Of a DNA stretch of 64,000 nt, positions 44,661-54,276 are shown in pieces. The DNA lies in contig JAVKSL010000001.1 of assembly GCA_039583695.1 (NCBI GenBank), positions 10,926 to 74,925 on the forward strand. Reading direction: 5' to 3'. The notes beneath the pieces were generated by a model. That model saw nothing but the letters and a program-made list of their open reading frames with translations. It was not told the origin of the DNA and did no database searches. Each line of letters begins with the position of its first letter. Positions within the stretch are counted from its first letter, which is position 1. The position numbers and the translations under genes were made by a program. This stretch comes from Acidimicrobiales bacterium (GTDB lineage Bacteria; Actinomycetota; Acidimicrobiia; Acidimicrobiales; JAJPHD01).

Positions 44661-45685
44661 ATGTGACCGGGGGCCTGGCGCTGGCTCGCACAACGGGGTC
44701 GACCTATCACCTAAATGGGGCGGATCCGGCATCCTTCGAGCGTCACCCGATCGTCGACGGCGACGTTGTGGAGGTCTCGGCGTCCATTTCGGTGCGGGCC
44801 GTGGCGACGCCTGGACACACCTTCAACCATCTGTCCTATGTCCTGCTCGTCGACGGCGCGCCACTTGGGATGTTCAGCGGCGGGCCCCTGTGCGGCTCGA
44901 CCGGTCGAACCGACCTGCTTGGCGCCGACGTCACGGACCTCCTGGCGCACGCGCAGTACCACTCGGCGCACCACCTGGCGCAGGAGTTGGCAGATGACAC
45001 CCCGATCTTCCCAACGCACGGCTTCGGCAGCTTCTGCTCGGCGAGCGAGACCGTGGGAACCATGTCCACGATCGGAGCCGAGAAGCGGGCCAACCCGGCT
45101 CTGACCCAAACCGAGGACCGATTGGTATCCGAGCTGCTCGCTGGCCTGGATGCCTATCCGGCGTATTACGCCCACATGGGCGCAGCGAACCTCGCAGCGC
45201 CCGATAGCCCGCCTGACCTGTCCCCGGTGCGGCGGGCGGATCCGGTCGAGCTGCAGGTCAGGATCGACGCAGGGGAGTGGGTGGTCGATCTGCGCAACCG
45301 CACGGCGTTCGCCGACGGGCACATGGCCGGAACGCTGAACTTTGGCTTGGATGGCTCCTTCGCCACATACCTGGGCTGGCTGATCCCCTGGGGAACCCCC
45401 CTCAGCTTGTTGGGCGAGAGCTCCGAGCAGATACTCGAAGCCCAACGAGAGCTGGTTCGCATCGGCATCGACCGACCTGTGGCCGGGGTGGACGGAGCGC
45501 CCGAGTTGGTCGAGCGAATGGGTGAGATTCCCCCCGGGCGGATCTGGGTGCACCGTCGCACGGGCTATCGGGCTTCGCTGGCCGCGTCGCTGCTGGCCGC
45601 AGGTGGTCGCGAAGTTGTCCTGATCGACGACCACTTCGACCATGTCGGCGCCGAGCTCATCGACCCGGCCAGGGTGGCGGCGTGA
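44657..45685 (+). pseudogene. MBL-fold hydrolase / rhodanese fusion (persulfide-dioxygenase-like), 5'-truncated at the IS110 remnant
   Basis: Homology starts abruptly at DYVTGGLALARTTGSTY...ATPGHTFNHLSYVL...PTHGFGSFC. The HxHxDH metal motif and everything upstream are missing. A rhodanese-like C-terminal domain follows. Confidence 0.6.
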
Positions 45686-46053
45686 GGCTTGCCGGGTCGC
45701 TAAGGTCGATTTTCACCAAGCCCTACGAATCGATCAGCGCCACCGAGGTCCACGAGCGGATCAGTCAGGGCGCGGTTCTAGTCGACGTGCGCGAGCCCGG
45801 GGAGTGGCAGGCCGGGCACGCGCCGGGTGCTCGTCACATTCCCCTCGCCCAGCTGGCCGTCAGGGCCAGCCAGCTACCGACCGACACAGAGCTGATAACA
45901 GTGTGTCGCAGCGGGGGGCGCTCTGCGCAGGCGGCGGTGCTGCTCACCGGTATCGGCCACAAGGTGGCGAACCTGGCCGGGGGCATGAGCGCCTGGGCTC
46001 ACGAGGGCCTGCCCGTCATCACCAACGGTGCCCGCCCCGGTCGGATCGCCTGA
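45682..46053 (+). CDS. Single-domain rhodanese-like sulfurtransferase
   Basis: VLVDVREPGEWQAGHAPGARHIPL...ITVCRSGGRSAQAA active-site loop (CRSGGRS). GTG 45682 overlaps the upstream TGA. Confidence 0.88.
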   Translation: MRLAGSLRSIFTKPYESISATEVHERISQGAVLVDVREPGEWQAGHAPGARHIPLAQLAVRASQLPTDTELITVCRSGGRSAQAAVLLTGIGHKVANLAGGMSAWAHEGLPVITNGARPGRIA

Positions 46054-46206
46054 AGTGACGGGGGCCTTTTTTGAGCAGCAAGCTGCACTTGCTCGAAGCC
46101 ATCACGGCTGGTCGGCATCCGGAGGACCGGGCATGAGGGACGAGACCGGGAAGACGGACGGCGAATCGGGCGTTGAGCCAGGGGAACAATCCCAAGGAGG
46201 GTCCTT

Positions 46207-46833
46207 GTGACTAGCACGCTTGAGAATCTTGACCGCAGCCCGGTCGACTTCTGGTTCGATCCGATCTGCCCGTGGGCCTGGATGGCGTCTCGCTGGATGA
46301 TCGAGGTCGAGAAGGTGCGCCCGGTCACCACCCGCTGGCACGTGATGTCCCTCGCCATGCTCAACGAGGATCGCCGTGCCCTCCCCGAAGGGCTCCAGAC
46401 TTTGATGCAGGAGGCCTGGGGTCCGGTCCGCGTCTGCATCGCCGCCAGCCAAGAGTGCGGCGAGGAGACGCTGCTTTCGCTGTACAGCGCGTTCGGCGAA
46501 CGGATTCACATCCAGGGCCGTCGGGATCCCGAGATCATCAGGGAAGCTCTCGCGGAGGCCGGGTTGCCTGTCGAGCTGGCCGAGGCGGCCCAGAGCACGG
46601 ACCATGACGACGCTCTGCGCAAGTCCCACCACGCCGGCATGGATCCGGTGGGCTATGACGTGGGCACGCCGGTCATTCACGTTGACGGAGTAGCGTTCTT
46701 CGGCCCTGTCATTTCCCCGGCTCCCAAGGGTGAGGCGGCCGGTCGACTGTGGGACGGGGTCAAACTTGTAGCTGGTACCGACGGCTTCTACGAGCTCAAG
46801 CGCACCCGCGACCGGGATCCGATCTTCGACTGA
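46207..46833 (+). CDS. DsbA-like thioredoxin-fold protein (Rv2466c-like layout) with a monothiol CPWA motif
   Basis: VDFWFDPICPWAWMASRWMIEVEK. The second Cys of the expected CPxC is Ala. GTG 46207 follows AAGGAGGG. Confidence 0.75.
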   Translation: MTSTLENLDRSPVDFWFDPICPWAWMASRWMIEVEKVRPVTTRWHVMSLAMLNEDRRALPEGLQTLMQEAWGPVRVCIAASQECGEETLLSLYSAFGERIHIQGRRDPEIIREALAEAGLPVELAEAAQSTDHDDALRKSHHAGMDPVGYDVGTPVIHVDGVAFFGPVISPAPKGEAAGRLWDGVKLVAGTDGFYELKRTRDRDPIFD

Positions 46834-46901
46834 TCCAAGTCGTACACTGGTATCACGACACCGGTGTGAGCGCCAGCCGGGCCTAGTCACATGAGCCTGT
46901 A

Positions 46902-48482
46902 TCAGGCCTTCGGTAGGGATGGACGTACCCGTAGGGCGGAGTTCCGGGATCCCCGGTTGGCCACGAAGGGAAACGAGTCGGGTCCACCGGGCGGTAGTTG
47001 GCGCACGAGGTGGCGGTAGGACCAGCCCAGCCAGTAGGGCACGGCCACGCACACCGCAGCCGACAGCACGAATGCCCACAGTGCCACCGGCATCGGTAAA
47101 GGGCCATAGGTGAGCTCGACCGCCGCCCCAGCTGCCACCAGAAGGACGGACCTCTGGCTGGGGCAGGTTGTAGCCAGGATCACCAAACCCCAGGACAGAT
47201 ACCATTGGCGTGTCCCTGGCGCCATGATCGCCACCGCGAGCAGGCATATGCCGATGCTCCTCGTCCAGCCGAGGATCACAGCCCGACGCAGGACACCCAC
47301 GCAGAACAGCGCTGCCCCCACCAGGCCCACGAGTTCCGCGCCATTCACTAAGACCAGCGTGTCGACGTGCGAGCCGGCGTCACGCAGGATTCCGCCCAGG
47401 AGCAGTCCGACCGCATTAGAGGGCGTCGTGACCGTCACGACACGCGAAGGCCCGCCGAGAATCCCCGGATTGAGCCAACCCCACCCCAATCCCGCGACGA
47501 GCGATGTTCCTGCCATGACCAGGCCCGTCACCAGGCCCGCCTCCAAGCCACGCCACAACCGGGACCGCCAGCCATGCGCCTTGCCGATCCACGCCAGGGC
47601 TACGAACCCGAGGGCCAGTGCAGCCGGCGCCTTTACCATGACGCTCAGCGCGCAAAGGGCTACGGCGAGGACCGGCCTGCCCTCTTTTCGCATCACCAGA
47701 GCGGCCAGCACGAGCGCGATCATGACGATGTCGTTGTGGCCCGCCATGACGAACTCCACGAGCATGAATGGGCTGGCAACCGCCAGCCAGGTGGCCCGTA
47801 CCGGGTCCGCACGCAGTGCCACGGCGAGGCGGGGGACATAGCGCGCCACTACGACCAGCCCGCCTACGGCGAGCAGCCGCATCCCGAGGACGCCGGTCGC
47901 AATGTGCGACCCGGTCGCGGCCCCGATGATCGCGGCGAGCGCGAGGAACAAGGGCCCGTAGTCGGCTGGGGCGTCTCTCCAGGGCGGAGGCACCGAAGCG
48001 ACCAGCCTGCTGTGGCCGAGCACGGCCGGACCGAATCGATATGGGTTGAGTCCGGCATGGATCACCGCTGCCTGAGACAGGTAGGCGTACAAGTCGGTGC
48101 TGCCCAACGCAGGCCCGACGACGAGGGGCACCGACCAGATGGCAGCGGCTGCCCAAAGGGCGTGCAGGTCGGGTCGATGCCTGGGCCGGAGCGACCTGCC
48201 GAGCACCAGCCAGGCACCGGTGAGCAGGGCCAGGCCCCCGTAATAGCAGGCTTCGAGAGCCGAGTTGTGATGAGTTGACCACCCCACCGGCAGGGCGAAG
48301 AACCACGGCAGCGGTGTTGACGTGCCGGAGATGCGGGTGAGCCCTGCACCGGCGAGAGCCATCGTGGTCGAGCCCAGGAGTCCAAGGGCCACCGGCCAGC
48401 GAGGCAGCCTCCCCAGCTCGACCTCGCTCGGCTCAGCGGGGAGGAGGTCGGGCCCGGGCGCCAGGTTCAGGGCAGTGCTCAT
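46902..48482 (-). CDS. GT-C polyprenyl-phosphate-mannose-dependent mannosyltransferase (MptB / DUF2029-like)
   Basis: A polytopic membrane protein with STDLYAYLSQAAVIHAGLNPYRFGP...WRDAPADYGPLFL, the D-x-Y...NPY...YGP loop typical of MptA/MptB-type enzymes. Confidence 0.7.
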   Translation of the reverse strand: MSTALNLAPGPDLLPAEPSEVELGRLPRWPVALGLLGSTTMALAGAGLTRISGTSTPLPWFFALPVGWSTHHNSALEACYYGGLALLTGAWLVLGRSLRPRHRPDLHALWAAAAIWSVPLVVGPALGSTDLYAYLSQAAVIHAGLNPYRFGPAVLGHSRLVASVPPPWRDAPADYGPLFLALAAIIGAATGSHIATGVLGMRLLAVGGLVVVARYVPRLAVALRADPVRATWLAVASPFMLVEFVMAGHNDIVMIALVLAALVMRKEGRPVLAVALCALSVMVKAPAALALGFVALAWIGKAHGWRSRLWRGLEAGLVTGLVMAGTSLVAGLGWGWLNPGILGGPSRVVTVTTPSNAVGLLLGGILRDAGSHVDTLVLVNGAELVGLVGAALFCVGVLRRAVILGWTRSIGICLLAVAIMAPGTRQWYLSWGLVILATTCPSQRSVLLVAAGAAVELTYGPLPMPVALWAFVLSAAVCVAVPYWLGWSYRHLVRQLPPGGPDSFPFVANRGSRNSALRVRPSLPKA

Positions 48483-48518
48483 TCCCTCAAGAGCCGACGC
48501 CGCGACGGAAGCTGAGCC

Positions 48519-49295
48519 TCATGTCATCACAGGCAGCATGTCCGCAGGTACGGGCGCAGTGGACCCGGGAGATGTGCGATTCAGCCGGTGCGGGGAACGG
48601 CGCAGTCGCCAGACCGCGAGCATGGCCTCGATCCCGATGCCTGCGTTCATCTTGGAGGTTCCGTAAACCCGGTCGACGAAGGTGATAGGGATCTCTGTGA
48701 ACCTGAGGCCACGATCACGGGCGATTGTAGCCATCTCCACCATAAAGCCGTAGCCGAGCGTCGCGGTGGCATCCGGCTCGGTGGCGGCGAGAGCCGCCCA
48801 GCTCCAGGCGCGGAAGGCTCCGGTGACGTCCCGCTGGTCCAAGCCGAGCAATGTGCGAGCGTAAAGGTTGGCAAAGCGTGAAAGCATCAGTCTCCGCCAC
48901 GGCCAGCCCTGGGTACGGCCGCCAGCCACGTAGCGTGATCCGACAACCACATCGACACGTCCACTCCCGATCAGGTCGAGCATGACCGGGATCTGATCCG
49001 AAGGGTGAGACCCGTCGGCGTCCATCTGCACGATCACCTGATAGCGGTGCTCCAGTGCCCAGGCGAATCCCGCTCGGTAAGCCGCTCCAAGGCCAGATTT
49101 GTGGGTCCGATCCATCACGTGAACACGTCCGGGGTACTTGGTCGCTGCCTCGTAGGCGATCCTCGCAGTGCCGTCGGGGCTCGCGTCGTCGACGACAAGG
49201 ACTTCGACGGATGGGCCAAGGCGCATCAGCGAGTCGAGCATGAAGTCGATGTTGTCAATCTCGTTGTAGGTGGGGAGCACAACGACCAAAGACAT
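48519..49295 (-). CDS. ppm1: Polyprenol-phosphate mannose synthase (GT2, Ppm1/Dpm1-like)
   Basis: VVLPTYNEIDNI...VLVVDDASPDGT...KSGLGAAYRAGF...VQMDADGSH. Start is ambiguous (ATG 49295, 49382 or 49403; the tracked ORF runs to 49556). Confidence 0.85.
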   Translation of the reverse strand: MSLVVVLPTYNEIDNIDFMLDSLMRLGPSVEVLVVDDASPDGTARIAYEAATKYPGRVHVMDRTHKSGLGAAYRAGFAWALEHRYQVIVQMDADGSHPSDQIPVMLDLIGSGRVDVVVGSRYVAGGRTQGWPWRRLMLSRFANLYARTLLGLDQRDVTGAFRAWSWAALAATEPDATATLGYGFMVEMATIARDRGLRFTEIPITFVDRVYGTSKMNAGIGIEAMLAVWRLRRSPHRLNRTSPGSTAPVPADMLPVMT

Positions 49296-49617
49296 GGCGT
49301 GCGCGCTCACACCGACTAGCGGAGCTTGTTGGGGGCTCGAACCATCCGGCCGGGTATCGGGTCCTTGGCCAGCTTCCGCCATGACGTTCAGGTTCGAGGC
49401 CATCCCCCAGATATCGGCAGGCCAGATCCTGAAGTTGAGGGGAATCCAGCGGTTGAGGACAAATCCATCGAGCGGATCACAGCCGCCAGGTCGGCGGGTG
49501 AGGTCCTCGCTACAGCCTGGTCGGTCGGATACCGATGACTGGGTAGCAGTCCTCACCGCAGACCGGCAACACGAACGGGGAAACCGCCATGCCGAACCTG
49601 ATTGAACCGGTCGAGAG

Positions 49618-51711
49618 GTGTCGCGGATGTCTCTCGACTTGAGGCGCCGCGCCGCCGAGGAGGAGAAGACGAGCAGGCGTGACCTGGCGCCGACCAGTGA
49701 CGCTCCCCCTGGTCTGGCCGGGCTTCCTCTGGATCACCTCGCGGAACGAGCTGGGTGGTCCGGCGCGTGCATGGTCCTGCTCACTCTCGCAGTAGTTGGA
49801 ACGGCCCCTGTGGACATTGCCATCGTGGCTGTCGGCCTTTGGGGCGGCTATCGCTGCTGGAGCTCTGCGGCAGGGCCCTCGCGCAGGCTTCAGGCCCTGA
49901 TACTCGCAACGATCGTCGCTTCGATCGGGGTCAGCGTCGCTGCTCAGGGCAGTGGCATTCACTATGGCACGGACGAGCTGGCGTTCGGGCAGTACGCGGC
50001 GACCCTGGTCCTACGGGGTGTCAATCCATTCACCCACAGCCTGGCCCCGTCGCTTGCCCTCTATCACGTCCCGGCCAGCTTTCTGACCCACTACCTAAAC
50101 GGATCGACCATAACCACCTCGACGTACCCGGCGGGCTCCTTCCTGGTTTACCTGCCCGCCCTTGCTATCGGCCTGGGTACACAGGCGTCCATCGCGACCG
50201 ATGTGGTGTTCTGGATCGTGTCGATGATCTTGATGTGGGCGCTGCTGCCAAGGAGCGTCAGCTGGCTGGCGGCGCTGTTCCTCGCCAGCAGTGTCTACAT
50301 CTCTTACGCGATCGGTGGGGTCACGGACAGCCTCTACCTACCTTTCGCGATCCTCGCCCTGTGGCGTTGGGACCGCTTCGGTGACATGACCGAGCGCACC
50401 ATCGCTCGCTGGATTGGCCCGATCGCCCTCGGTGTGGCCATGTCGGTCAAACAGACACCGTGGTTCCTCCTGCCTTTCCTGCTCGTCGGCGTGGCTTTCG
50501 AAGCCCGCGCCCAGGGCCGGTCATGGCTGCGCAGCTCTGCCCTCTACCTGGCCATCTGTGCGGGCGTGTTCGTTGTGATCAATGCACCTTGGATCATCGC
50601 GAGTCCCAGTGCCTGGTTCGACGGGAGCATCCTCCCGTTGTTTGGGTCCTTCGTACCGATTGGCCAAGGATTGGTAAACCTGACGCTGATCGGGCGGATC
50701 GGCGGCGGTGACCTGATGCTCTACACCCTGGCTGGGGCAGCGTGGCTGGTCCTGGCGCTGTTGCTCCTGGCACTGCGGTACGAGAAGACCAAGCGAGCCT
50801 GGGTGTTCGTTGTCATAGCTTCATTCTTCTTCGTCCCCCGAAGCATGGCTACTTATCTGCTGATGCTGATACCCGCAGCGATCATCGCCGCCCTCAGCGT
50901 CCAGGGGGCGACCCACGACGGGCCACTGGATGGGATTCCTCTTGTACGCAGGTGGGACCGTGGCGTCCTGGCGATCTCAATGTTGGCCGTCGTCGCTGCG
51001 GTGGTGGGGGCGGTCGCCGCGCCCCCGCCGCTCGACATGACCGTGACGGGTGTCAGCACCAATGGGCGCCAGGGTCTGGTCACCGGGGCCACTCTGCAGG
51101 TCCACAACAACACGGCCAGGGTGCTCCATCCGACCTTCACGATCGTGAACGCCGGGTATGTCACCAACTTCTGGACACCCGCCGGGGCTGGCGCCGCTCC
51201 AGTCACCATCGGGCCGCACCAGAGCGAGGTCCTCACTCTCCAGGCGCCCGATGAGCCGTCCATGCCCAACGCGCTGACGCCGTTCCGGATGTTCGCCTAC
51301 ACTACCGGGCCGGCGGCGGTCAGCTCGACCCAGGCCTACATGGCCTCCGCTCAGTCGACATACCTCACGCCCGATGCCATCGAGTCCCCCGTTCGGCTCG
51401 GCAAGGCGAGGCTCTTCACGGTGCAGGTCGATCAGGGCCAGGGTGCCGCCGGTGGGGTGCGGGTCGATCTCGGGCAGGTCATCTACGGCCAGAACGGCAA
51501 CCTCAAAGGAGTTGCGTCGATCGACGGGCTACCCGGGGGCGCCTCGCCGGCCTCGGCGATCACCAACGCTGCCGGGGTGGCGACCTTCACCGTGACTGGT
51601 GTGCAGACCAGCACTGATCCGGACTACTTCCAGGCGTGGATCGCACCGCTAGGAAAGCACACCCCACCTACCGGCTACTCCGAGATCGTCGCAGTGAGGT
51701 TTGCGCCCTGA
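49618..51711 (+). CDS. Large polytopic membrane protein (putative GT-C-type glycosyltransferase) with a C-terminal extracytoplasmic beta-sandwich/Ig-like region
   Basis: Many TM segments, then a Thr/Ala/Gly-rich region with a Big-like segment (ITNAAGVATFTVTG). Divergent from the ppm1/mptB-like genes. Function is inferred only. Confidence 0.5.
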   Translation: MSRMSLDLRRRAAEEEKTSRRDLAPTSDAPPGLAGLPLDHLAERAGWSGACMVLLTLAVVGTAPVDIAIVAVGLWGGYRCWSSAAGPSRRLQALILATIVASIGVSVAAQGSGIHYGTDELAFGQYAATLVLRGVNPFTHSLAPSLALYHVPASFLTHYLNGSTITTSTYPAGSFLVYLPALAIGLGTQASIATDVVFWIVSMILMWALLPRSVSWLAALFLASSVYISYAIGGVTDSLYLPFAILALWRWDRFGDMTERTIARWIGPIALGVAMSVKQTPWFLLPFLLVGVAFEARAQGRSWLRSSALYLAICAGVFVVINAPWIIASPSAWFDGSILPLFGSFVPIGQGLVNLTLIGRIGGGDLMLYTLAGAAWLVLALLLLALRYEKTKRAWVFVVIASFFFVPRSMATYLLMLIPAAIIAALSVQGATHDGPLDGIPLVRRWDRGVLAISMLAVVAAVVGAVAAPPPLDMTVTGVSTNGRQGLVTGATLQVHNNTARVLHPTFTIVNAGYVTNFWTPAGAGAAPVTIGPHQSEVLTLQAPDEPSMPNALTPFRMFAYTTGPAAVSSTQAYMASAQSTYLTPDAIESPVRLGKARLFTVQVDQGQGAAGGVRVDLGQVIYGQNGNLKGVASIDGLPGGASPASAITNAAGVATFTVTGVQTSTDPDYFQAWIAPLGKHTPPTGYSEIVAVRFAP

Positions 51712-52065
51712 CAAAACGTGCTCCTGGGGCGACGGGGCTTGATCGTGGCGTCGCCGGAGGTGGCCGTGATATGGGTTCTATAGCAACCCGAATCACTACC
51801 ACCCTGGCGCGTCCCGCCACCGCCCGAGACGGATCCCGTCTCGCGCCAGTAGCGACCGGCTTGCCAACGCCCCGGACCGATAGCCGGATCCATGTGGCTT
51901 TCACATGAACGACCTCTGGCTCACTGACAACTAACTGCTTGTGCGGGGTGCCGCGGCACCAAACAGGCCGCGCCCTGCTCACCATTGTGGCCGAGAAGGG
52001 AGCAGGGAGCCCGTCAACGCCAGGCTTCCTGACGGCCTCCGCTGGGCCCCCTCGATGGGTGGCGT

Positions 52066-52833
52066 CTACAGCGCCTCGAGGGGCCCTCGATCTCCATGGC
52101 GGACGAACCACTCGTACCCGTAGACCGCCGCGAATGCCTCAGTGGGTAGGCGCATCGCCGACGCCGTCTCGGGGATCTGGCTTTGATGCGCGGCCATTGC
52201 CGCCCGCTTGACCTCGAGCCTGGACCGCACGTCCACAGTGGTGTCGATCAGCACCGTGGGCATGCCGATGTGCGAGGCGACCAGCCCTAAGCCACCCACA
52301 TCTGAGCCGACCTCGACCACCAGATGGGTCTCCACGAAATGAAGGTACTCCCTGTCCACCGTGGCCTCGTACAGGGCGCTCACACCCGCCATCTCGCCAG
52401 CAAGCGTCCCTGCCTGATGCACCTTGACGTGATCGGGATGGCCGTAGATGCCGGTCTGGTCGTATACCACCAACGCCGCTGCGTCCTCCTCGTCGAGCAC
52501 GGCAGCGACCCGCCGGGCCACCTCGCCCGTATCGGCGGACCAGAACGCGCCAGGAGAGACATTGGCGGGGTCGCCGAGCATGCCCGAGTCGTGATAGCCG
52601 AGCCACTCGATACGGCTGACGCCCAGGATCTCCGCCGAGCGTCGAGTCTCATCCACCCGCCGGGAGGCCACCAGCTCTCCTGGGGCCCGAGGTAGCCCCA
52701 GCTCCCCCTGTGTGGCCACGACCAACGTCACCCGCCATCCAGCCCCGGCCAGCAGGGAGATGGTCCCCCCGGTGAAGATTGCCTCGTCATCGGGGTGGGC
52801 GTGGAAGAACACCACGGTGCGCTGCGGAGGCAT
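52066..52833 (-). CDS. PIG-L (LmbE/MshB-like) family deacetylase
   Basis: VVFFHAHPDDEAIFTGGTI...VATQGELG (AHPDDE motif), and HPDH later. Confidence 0.88.
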   Translation of the reverse strand: MPPQRTVVFFHAHPDDEAIFTGGTISLLAGAGWRVTLVVATQGELGLPRAPGELVASRRVDETRRSAEILGVSRIEWLGYHDSGMLGDPANVSPGAFWSADTGEVARRVAAVLDEEDAAALVVYDQTGIYGHPDHVKVHQAGTLAGEMAGVSALYEATVDREYLHFVETHLVVEVGSDVGGLGLVASHIGMPTVLIDTTVDVRSRLEVKRAAMAAHQSQIPETASAMRLPTEAFAAVYGYEWFVRHGDRGPLEAL

Positions 52834-52933
52834 GCCATCAGTATGGCGCGTCTCCCAGCTCTCCCACAGGGTTGTTCCAGCTTCATCCCAGGATAGGCCA
52901 ACTAGATTGAGGTACCTAGATGGAGGACCAACT

Positions 52934-53209
52934 ATGGGAATAATCAGCTACATCATCAGCCTCGTGATCGTGGGGCTCGTCATCGGCGCCTTGGGCCGCC
53001 TCGTCGTGCCCGGCCCCAACCCGATCGGCCTCGGTGCGACCGTGGTCGTCGGAATGGCCGGCGCGATCTTGGGGGCCATCGTGGGCGGGCTGCTGGGCCT
53101 CGGCGTGATCAGCATCGTGTTCGAGGTGGCCATATCCGCAGGCTTGGTGTACGTCGTGAGCGGCGGCAGGTGGCGCCACAGGGCGCTGAGCTCGCGCTCG
53201 CGCTGGTAG
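52934..53209 (+). CDS. GlsB/YeaQ/YmgE (transglycosylase-associated) family small membrane protein
   Basis: MGIISYIISLVIVGLVIGALGRLVVPGPNPIGLGATVVVGMAGAILGAIVGG. ATG follows GGAGGA. Confidence 0.85.
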   Translation: MGIISYIISLVIVGLVIGALGRLVVPGPNPIGLGATVVVGMAGAILGAIVGGLLGLGVISIVFEVAISAGLVYVVSGGRWRHRALSSRSRW

Positions 53210-53339
53210 CTCGCCGGTCCCGAGGCCAGGCAGCGTCTCGGAAATGGGCACGGTGGGCCCCCGGCCGCCATGCCCACCCAAGCCCTGCAATCGCGGCGGC
53301 TCTGTGAGACCTTCCGGTTGGTGAGGATGTGAACGCGAG

Positions 53340-53372
53340 CCAGGGGCGGCACCCGGAGGGTGCCGCCCCTGG
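53340..53372. terminator. 15-bp perfect GC-rich hairpin between convergent glsB-like and flp genes
   Basis: CCAGGGGCGGCACCC-GGA-GGGTGCCGCCCCTGG. No clear U-tract on either strand. Confidence 0.6.
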
Positions 53373-53399
53373 CGGGGGGTTCGTGGTGTCGGTGCTGGG

Positions 53400-53627
53400 T
53401 TAGGGGGTTGCCGCATTGTTGCAGCCGCTCGCACCGCTCGCGGTGGCGGAGTTACAAACCTGCTTGGCCACGCCGCCGAACAGGTTGCTGATGCTGGTGC
53501 CCAGGAAGGTCAGGATGACGATGCACACGGCGGCGATGAGGGCCACCAGGAGGGCGTACTCCACCATCGAGGCGCCCGACTCCTCGCGGTTGAGGCGGTG
53601 CTGAATGAAGCCGATGGTGTTGGTCAT
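53400..53627 (-). CDS. flp: Flp-family type IVb pilin
   Basis: ...REESGASMVEYALLVALIAAVCIVIL, with the Flp processing motif G/ASMVEY followed by a hydrophobic helix. Start at MTNTIG (53627). Confidence 0.85.
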   Translation of the reverse strand: MTNTIGFIQHRLNREESGASMVEYALLVALIAAVCIVILTFLGTSISNLFGGVAKQVCNSATASGASGCNNAATP

Positions 53628-53809
53628 GGCGGTGACGAGGAACATTTTCCGGCACTCTCCCTTTCGATCTTGGCGGGCGGGTCGCCGCCACTGAACACAG
53701 TGTCGGCAGGTTCGCCGGGGGAGCTGTATAGGTCAAAAGGACCATTTCGCGCGGGCTCGCGGCCGAGCCCAGAAGGCCTGTAAAGGTCGGCCCACCGCCT
53801 GCCGATGGG

Positions 53810-54274
53810 ATGAGCGTGGACAGACCCAGACCTCTGCGGGGCCAGGACGGCGCGTCGATGGTGGAGTTTGCCATCGTGTTGCCCCTCCTGTTGCTCCTTA
53901 TCTACGGCATCATCAGCTTCGGTGCCCAGTTCCTGGTGCTCCAGACGATCAAGCAGGCCGCCTCCGATGGCGCCCGAGCGGCGATCGCCGGGACCACTCC
54001 AACTGAGGAGCAGGCCCTCGCCTCAACCACGGCAACGGCAGACTTGAGCTATCTGAACCAGAGCGACCTCAGCGTGACTCCCACGATCTATGCAGCCGGC
54101 AGCAGCGAGTGCGGCTCCAGCTCCGGGGAGCCTTGCATCCAGGTGAGCGTCGTCTACAACGGCCCTCAGATCGTCCCTGCGTTCCCTGGCCTGCCCACCC
54201 TGCCGGATAGCACGTTCACAACGGTGCTGTTGAACCAGCCCCCGCCCACCACCACGACCACCGTGGCCAGTTAG
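53810..54274 (+). CDS. tadE: TadE-family pilus assembly (pseudopilin) protein
   Basis: GQDGASMVEFAIVLPLLLLLIYGIISFG TadE N-terminal motif. Confidence 0.8.
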   Translation: MSVDRPRPLRGQDGASMVEFAIVLPLLLLLIYGIISFGAQFLVLQTIKQAASDGARAAIAGTTPTEEQALASTTATADLSYLNQSDLSVTPTIYAAGSSECGSSSGEPCIQVSVVYNGPQIVPAFPGLPTLPDSTFTTVLLNQPPPTTTTTVAS

Positions 54275-54276
54275 CG

